A stretch of DNA of 64,000 nucleotides from contig OY968762.1 of NCBI GenBank assembly GCA_963695225.1, positions 544,001 through 608,000 of the forward strand. The letters run 5' to 3'. Of the stretch, positions 58,780 to 64,000 are shown piece after piece (positions within the stretch are counted from its first letter, which is position 1; the number at the start of each line of letters is the position of its first letter). Both the position numbers and the translations under genes were made by a program. The notes under the pieces are model-generated. The model had not been told where the DNA came from. It searched no databases and saw only the letters and a list, made by a program, of their open reading frames with translations. The DNA is from Vulcanimicrobiota bacterium (lineage in GTDB: Bacteria; Vulcanimicrobiota; Vulcanimicrobiia; Vulcanimicrobiales; Vulcanimicrobiaceae).

Positions 58780-60093
58780 CTATGCCGCGACGATTTCGCA
58801 GGGGTCCGCCACCGTGCGCGGCGTCCCCGCGCCGGGCGGGCGGAATCCGCGCTCGACGATCGCGACGAGTTGCTCGAATGCCGCGCTCGCGAACGGGTAC
58901 TGCGCTCGCAATCCATAGCCGAAAGCGGCGAACGCGTCGACGTGCGTCGCCGCGTCGATCTCGTAGTACCACGCTCGCTCCCCTTCGCCCGCAGCGACGA
59001 TCGCATCGAGGTAGGGCCGAGCGTGGATCGCCGGCGGGATCAACACGTCCGAGCTCCCCGCTATCGACACGAGCGGGCACCCGATCCGCCCGCTCTGCGC
59101 AAACCGGGCGATCCGCTCCGTCGCTTTCGGGGACGGCCGGTAGGCGCTGCGCGCCTCGAGTGTCGCCAGGAACGGCGCCTCTAGATCGAGCAGCCGGGCG
59201 TAGAGAAACGTGGTGAGGTCGCAGTAAAACGGGGGCCAGGCGAGATGGTCCCGCCAGAGCGAAGGGTGCACGGCGTCCTCCTGGCGGCGGTCCGGCGGGA
59301 ACCCGAGCGCGAGGAGCGCGTCCCGGTCGGTGGGGGCGACCTCGCCCCCCAGGGCGAGCGGCGACACGGCCCCGACGAACGCGGGCAAAACCGTGAGGAT
59401 GTTCCGTTCGGCCGACCAGCCGACGCCCGCCCAGTCCAGGGCACCGTCGACGAGCGAGGGGTGCCTCTCGATGAGGCTGCGGACCTGGGCTCCGCCATTC
59501 GAGAGGCCCACCGCGTAGGTACGCTCCGGCTTCGCCCCCCGGCGGCGGAGCAACTCTTCCCCGGCGTAGACGACGATGGCGGCATAATCGTCGTTCCACC
59601 GTTCGATCGTCGCCGCCGTGGGCTCGAGCGCGCCGAGCCGGATCCCGTCCCCCGGCGCGAGGAGGCCGGGAAACGGCGGCACGTAGACCGAGGGGTCGCC
59701 GCCCGCCGGCCCGACGATCGCGTTGAATGCGATCCCCTTGTTGCTCGCGACGTACGCGTAGCCGCCTGCGAGCGCCGTCTCCCCGAAGACGAGGTCGCAG
59801 GCGAACTCGCTGCGCGTGCCGGGCGTCCCCGCGGCGACGAGCTTCCCGTTCCAAGCGTCGGGGATGCGCAGGAGCGTCCGTTGCCCCGGTCCTAGCGATG
59901 TATGCAGCAGGACCCCCGGCACCGGGCGGGTTGCGGGCGAGCGGTGGCCCGGGGCCGTCAGGGCGGTCGCGTCGAGCGCGGGTTCGAAGCCCGGCAGCGC
60001 GGCGGGGAGGGGCGCTTCGCCGAAACGCAGATCGGCCACGTGAATCTCGCCGAGTAGTTCGATCGTGCCGTAAGGGAACACGGAAGGCCTCAA
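58780..60093 (-). CDS. Tannase/3-hydroxybutyrate-oligomer-hydrolase-like alpha/beta hydrolase
   Basis: WNGKLV, GYAYVASNKG, YAVGLSNGG nucleophile, GSSDVLIP, ATHVD. Start is uncertain. Confidence 0.75.
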   Translation of the reverse strand: MRPSVFPYGTIELLGEIHVADLRFGEAPLPAALPGFEPALDATALTAPGHRSPATRPVPGVLLHTSLGPGQRTLLRIPDAWNGKLVAAGTPGTRSEFACDLVFGETALAGGYAYVASNKGIAFNAIVGPAGGDPSVYVPPFPGLLAPGDGIRLGALEPTAATIERWNDDYAAIVVYAGEELLRRRGAKPERTYAVGLSNGGAQVRSLIERHPSLVDGALDWAGVGWSAERNILTVLPAFVGAVSPLALGGEVAPTDRDALLALGFPPDRRQEDAVHPSLWRDHLAWPPFYCDLTTFLYARLLDLEAPFLATLEARSAYRPSPKATERIARFAQSGRIGCPLVSIAGSSDVLIPPAIHARPYLDAIVAAGEGERAWYYEIDAATHVDAFAAFGYGLRAQYPFASAAFEQLVAIVERGFRPPGAGTPRTVADPCEIVAA

Positions 60094-60097
60094 ACCC

Positions 60098-60126
60098 TGG
60101 ACGCTCCGGGCGCTGTGTGGTACGAT
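60098..60126 (+). promoter_or_regulatory. Sigma70-type promoter of rpsT
   Basis: TGGACG, 17 nt spacer, TACGAT with an extended TG. Confidence 0.6.
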
Positions 60127-60180
60127 GGGCGGCGTGCCCGCTCGCCGGTCACGTTCGCCTTCGTTTTGCCGGAGTACCTC

Positions 60181-60504
60181 GTGCCGAATATCAAAGCCGC
60201 AGTTAAGTGGACGCGCCAGTCGGAGAAGCGCCGGAAGCGGAATCTGGACGCTAAGACCCGCTTGAAGACGCTGTTCAAGAAGGCGAAATCGAGCGCCGAT
60301 ACCGCGCTCGTTTCATCGGTCGAGAGCCAATTCGACAAGGCCGCGCAAAAGGGGATCATCCACCCGAACAAGGCGGCCCGGAAGAAATCGCGCCTCGCGA
60401 AGGCCGTCACGGTCGCCGCCGCCGCGCGCGCGGCCGCTCCCGCCGCGTCGAGCGTGAAGAACCCGAAGGCCACGAAAGCGCGCAAGAAGGGTGCAAAGGG
60501 CTGA
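60181..60504 (+). CDS. rpsT: 30S ribosomal protein S20 with C-terminal Ala/Lys-rich extension
   Basis: MPNIKAAVKWTRQSEKRRKRN...DKAAQKGIIHPNKAARKKSRL; SD GGAG. Confidence 0.95.
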   Translation: MPNIKAAVKWTRQSEKRRKRNLDAKTRLKTLFKKAKSSADTALVSSVESQFDKAAQKGIIHPNKAARKKSRLAKAVTVAAAARAAAPAASSVKNPKATKARKKGAKG

Positions 60505-60529
60505 CGTCCGGCCGCGAGCCCGAAACGCG

Positions 60530-60560
60530 AGAAGCCGCTCATCGAGCGGCTTCTTCTTTT
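60530..60560 (+). terminator. Rho-independent terminator after rpsT
   Basis: AGAAGCCGCTC-ATC-GAGCGGCTTCT-TCTTTT. Confidence 0.8.
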
Positions 60561-60580
60561 CCCCCTCCGCGGCCGAGAAC

Positions 60581-62269
60581 TCAGGGCTCGACGACATAGG
60601 TGCCGGGGGCTGCACACAGGGCTGGGAATTCGGCGCCGCCCGGCCGGCTCTCGGCGACGGGCCGCTGTGCGCCCGAGCGCTCGCCGACCCAGGCCAGCCA
60701 ATTCGGCCACCAAGATCCTGGGGTCACGACCGAACTCGCGAACCAATCGTCGGGCTTCGGCGGATTGGAGGGCGCCGCACGCCACGAGCCCTTCCCCTTG
60801 GACGGCGGATTGATGATCCCGGCGATGTGGCCGGAAGCGCCCAGTCTGAATTGCACGTCGCCGCCGAAGGTCTGCGTCATGTTGTAGACGGAGCGCCAGG
60901 GCGCGATATGGTCCTCTTGCGTCGCGACGCAATACGTATCGTTCTTGATCCGTCCGAGATCGATCGGAACGCCCTTCACGAGCATCTTGTCGGGCTTGAC
61001 CAAGTTGTTCTCGATGTACATGTTCTGCAGGTAGTAGTTCTGCATCGTCCGCGGCAAGCGGGTCGCATCGCTGTTCCAATAGAGCAGATCGAACGCGGGC
61101 GCGTCCTTCCCCATGAGATACCGGTTCACCGCAGGGTTCCAGATCAGGTCGGTCGAGCGCAGCAAGTTGAACGTATCGGCCATCTCGGAGCCGTCGAGAT
61201 ACCCGCGGACCGCCATCTTCTTATCCATCATCGCGAGCGCTTCGGGGCTCAGGAACGCCCGCAGGTCGCCGGCGTTCGTGAACTCCGTCATCGTCGCGAA
61301 GAACGTGGCGGAAACGGCGAGTTGCTCGCCCGTCCGCGCTAAGTAGGCCAGCGTCATCGCCGTCAGCGTCCCGCCGATGCAGTACCCGATGATGTTGACG
61401 TCCTTGGTCCCGGCGATCTTCGTGACGGCGCGCGCGGCCGTCAGCGAGCCGAGCTCGACGTAGTCTTCCATGTTCAAGCCCGATAGCTCGGGCCCCGGAT
61501 TCCGCCAGGAGACGATGAACGTGTGCAGGCCGTTATCGACGCAGTACTTGACGAAGCTGTTCGCCGGCTGCAGATCGAGGATGTAGAATTTATTGATGTA
61601 CGCCGGGATCATGAGGATCGGGCGCTCGTAGAGATGCTCGGTCGAGGGCGCGTATTCGATCAGCTCGATCAACTCGTTGCGGAAAACGACGCTGCCCTTC
61701 GACTGGGCGACGTTCTTGCCGACCTCGAAGGCGCTCTTGTCGACGAGCGCGGCACGCCCGGCGTTCTTCTCCTTGTCCTCGAGGAGGTTCTCCGCTCCGC
61801 GGACCAGATTCGCACCGCCCGTGCGGAACGTCTCCTCGATCACGGCCGGGTTGAGGAATGGGAAGTTCGTGGGAGCCATCGCATCGCAGAACTGCTTGGC
61901 GAAGAAACGCACGCGCAGGCGCGTCTCGTCGTCGATGTCCGGAGCCTTGTCGATCGATTCGAGGAGCGTTTTCGTAGCGAGGAGATAGCCTTGCTTGATC
62001 GCGTCGAAGGTCGCGTTGTCGGTCCAGGCCTGGTGCTTGAAGCGCGAATCGCTGCGCTCCGGCTCGATCAGAGGCGCGGGCTTCTCCGTGCCGGGCGGCG
62101 TCAGCGCCCGCGATGCGATTCCGAACCAGGCATTCGCGAGTTCGGCTTGCGCCGTCAGGAGCGATTGCGGGTGCTGGAGCATCGAGCCCCAGACCTTCAG
62201 TGCCGCCGAGTTGATCCCGAGGGGGTCGATCTGTTCCTTGAAGGGGCTGGGCCGATCATCGTTGCTCAC
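60581..62269 (-). CDS. phaC: Polyhydroxyalkanoate synthase (class I/II-like)
   Basis: DSRF...W, PTNF...NP, INKFYILDL, GYCIGG (Cys), EDHIAPW (Asp), SGHIAG (His). Confidence 0.95.
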   Translation of the reverse strand: MSNDDRPSPFKEQIDPLGINSAALKVWGSMLQHPQSLLTAQAELANAWFGIASRALTPPGTEKPAPLIEPERSDSRFKHQAWTDNATFDAIKQGYLLATKTLLESIDKAPDIDDETRLRVRFFAKQFCDAMAPTNFPFLNPAVIEETFRTGGANLVRGAENLLEDKEKNAGRAALVDKSAFEVGKNVAQSKGSVVFRNELIELIEYAPSTEHLYERPILMIPAYINKFYILDLQPANSFVKYCVDNGLHTFIVSWRNPGPELSGLNMEDYVELGSLTAARAVTKIAGTKDVNIIGYCIGGTLTAMTLAYLARTGEQLAVSATFFATMTEFTNAGDLRAFLSPEALAMMDKKMAVRGYLDGSEMADTFNLLRSTDLIWNPAVNRYLMGKDAPAFDLLYWNSDATRLPRTMQNYYLQNMYIENNLVKPDKMLVKGVPIDLGRIKNDTYCVATQEDHIAPWRSVYNMTQTFGGDVQFRLGASGHIAGIINPPSKGKGSWRAAPSNPPKPDDWFASSVVTPGSWWPNWLAWVGERSGAQRPVAESRPGGAEFPALCAAPGTYVVEP

Positions 62270-62616
62270 GCGGACGACTTAACGTAGGGCGCCCGCCGGC
62301 CCTGCTCCGCCCCCGGCTTTCGCGAGCGGGGAGACGGCCGGCACGGACGGCACCTTCGTAGGAGGCGCGGGCCGATCCCCAGGCACCCCGCCGCGTCAAT
62401 CGAATACTCGCCGTAATGGGACGTCTCGGGGCCGCCGATACCTTCGGCACCTCCGAGGGAGAACGTCGTCGATGCTCGGTGAGGCGCCGCCCCGGCCGCT
62501 GAGGGGCCGGCGGGGCACTCGCGAGCGGGGAGGTCTACCGTTACGGCACTACGCTGCAGGCAGGTTGCGCGCCTTGAGGCGCGAGCGTTCGTGAGTTCGG
62601 CTTTCGAGCGGCGCCG

Positions 62617-64000
62617 GTGACGGCTGCGATCCCCACGACGTTCGAGCAACGCTCGAACCGCATCGCGTCGCTGCTCCTCCTCATCGTCGCGTTCGGTGCT
62701 TGCTATTACGGCGCGGCGACCCAGCTCTACCGCCACGGCTACATCTCGCACAACCTCCTCTTCTTTGCCGAGAAGGCATTGCTGGCGCAGCACGGCGAGC
62801 CCCCGCGGCTCGTCAACATCGGCTTCGTCTATCCGCCGCTCACGTTCTTGCTCATGCTGCCGTTCGCAGATCCGTTGGCGACGCAGGCGTTCGTCTCCGG
62901 GACGGTCGTCGCGCTCGTGATCACGGCGCTGGACCGCTACCAGATCGACGACGTCGTCCGTTGGACGGCGAAGCTCTACGTCGCATTCTCGCCGCTGGTT
63001 CTCTTCCTCGCGCTCGAGAGTTACGGCGAGCTGCTCTTCTGCGCGGTCTTGGCCGCGAGCATCGCCTACTTCAATCGGTTCCTGCGGCGCAACTATTCGC
63101 TGCATCTCTTCGCGGCCGCCACGCTGCTCGCGCTGACGTTCTTCATCGACTTCCGGAGCGCCGTAGTGCTGCTCGCGGTCGTTCCGGCGATGGCGCTCCC
63201 GTTCGCACGCAGTTCGCCCGCGAAGGCGCTGAGCATCGCGCTGACGGTCAGCGTGCCGACCGCGTTCGTCGCGTCGATGTGGATGTATGTGAACTGGATC
63301 TTCCTCGGCGACCCGTTCGCGTTCCTCGGCGGCGGGGCTTCGTACTTCCGGACGTTCGCGGCGCTCCCGGAAGTCCTCGCGGTGAGAGGCGACCCGGGCG
63401 CGGCGCTCCTGTTCTCCGCGCGCGAAATCGCGCGCACCCTTCCCGTTACGCTGCCGTATTTCGTCGGGCTCGTCGCGCTGCGCGAGGGTGGACCGAGCGA
63501 ATCGTACCCCTATGCGCGGGCGACGATCTACCTCGCACCGGTCATGCTGCTCGTCCTCTCGGTGTTCGGAGGAATCTATCGGCCGACGTTCGCGTTCTTC
63601 GGTCTGTTCGTCTTCGTGTTCATCTTGAACCTGGATCGCATGCGCTTCGCACCGGCGCTGGCCGCGGGCCTCGTGCTCGGGATCGCCGGCGCGTTCTTCG
63701 CGCCGCTCGACTCGCCAAGCGCAGAGGAGCGCGACTTCGCGGCGGCTCTCTCCGGGCGCCCGGTGGTCTCGCAGATCGCAGAGTACGAGTCGATCGCGCG
63801 GAGAGTCTCCGACGCTACTCCTGCGGAGCGCATCCTGCTCGACGACGCCTATCTCTTCCCGCTCGTCTATCTGATCGGAACGCCGGACCGGTTCTTGCTC
63901 CCCTATCAATACGAATACACGACGGCGCTTTCGCAACCGCGCGCCTTCGCTCGCTACGTGATCGTCGCCCGCATGCCGGACGATACGCTTCGGGCGCTGT
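62617..64000 (+). CDS. Multi-pass membrane protein, GT-C/ArnT-like glycosyltransferase; 3'-truncated and absent from the ORF track
   Basis: Frame is open from GTG 62617 to the window end: ...FFAEKALLAQHGEPPRLVNIGFVYPPL...WMYVNWIFLGDPFAF...ILLDDAYLFPLV, with more than 10 TM helices. Confidence 0.75.
   Translation, partial: MTAAIPTTFEQRSNRIASLLLLIVAFGACYYGAATQLYRHGYISHNLLFFAEKALLAQHGEPPRLVNIGFVYPPLTFLLMLPFADPLATQAFVSGTVVALVITALDRYQIDDVVRWTAKLYVAFSPLVLFLALESYGELLFCAVLAASIAYFNRFLRRNYSLHLFAAATLLALTFFIDFRSAVVLLAVVPAMALPFARSSPAKALSIALTVSVPTAFVASMWMYVNWIFLGDPFAFLGGGASYFRTFAALPEVLAVRGDPGAALLFSAREIARTLPVTLPYFVGLVALREGGPSESYPYARATIYLAPVMLLVLSVFGGIYRPTFAFFGLFVFVFILNLDRMRFAPALAAGLVLGIAGAFFAPLDSPSAEERDFAAALSGRPVVSQIAEYESIARRVSDATPAERILLDDAYLFPLVYLIGTPDRFLLPYQYEYTTALSQPRAFARYVIVARMPDDTLRAL

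Noticed and set aside
62270..62616. c-di-GMP riboswitch upstream of the GT-C-like gene (GGCACCTT words)
   Set aside because: The other conserved elements of class I and class II aptamers are missing.

Overview
A 64-kb, high-GC, gene-dense bacterial chromosomal window made up mostly of housekeeping genes. The gene content fits a diderm member of the Terrabacteria, possibly Vulcanimicrobiota/Eremiobacterota, but that is an unverified inference. In order it holds: four tRNAs (Lys-TTT, Lys-CTT, Leu-TAG, Gly-GCC) and tig-clpP-clpX; a divergent pbpC / alpha-2-macroglobulin pair; crp; a gmk-rpoZ-glmS-rph-mlaEFD-rhomboid-panE run; a squalene-synthase-like gene flanked by two microproteins; a XerC/D recombinase divergent from an orphan, membrane-anchor-less TraD/VirD4-like ATPase; ilvD-thrC-thrB-ldh; FadR-glcD-glcF; tRNA-Gln; a hopanoid cluster (shc, sqs, hpnA, hpnH, hpnB, hpnG-like) joined to an MFS + LolA-like operon; an NlpC/P60 gene preceded by a c-di-AMP (ydaO) riboswitch, directly downstream of cdaA-cdaR-glmM; rsgA, rpsT, phaC; and a truncated GT-C-type membrane protein. 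I saw no CRISPR array, rRNA, IS element or prophage. The most notable signals are: (1) a recurrent AGG-N18-20-GAA (sigma-H-like) motif just upstream of many SD-less start codons, (2) the XerC/TraD-like pair, (3) a candidate MFS + LolA-like hopanoid export module, (4) the local c-di-AMP circuit with DnaA boxes, and (5) an MlaD with a C-terminal beta-barrel-like region. All calls come from reading motifs by eye; no database searches were run.
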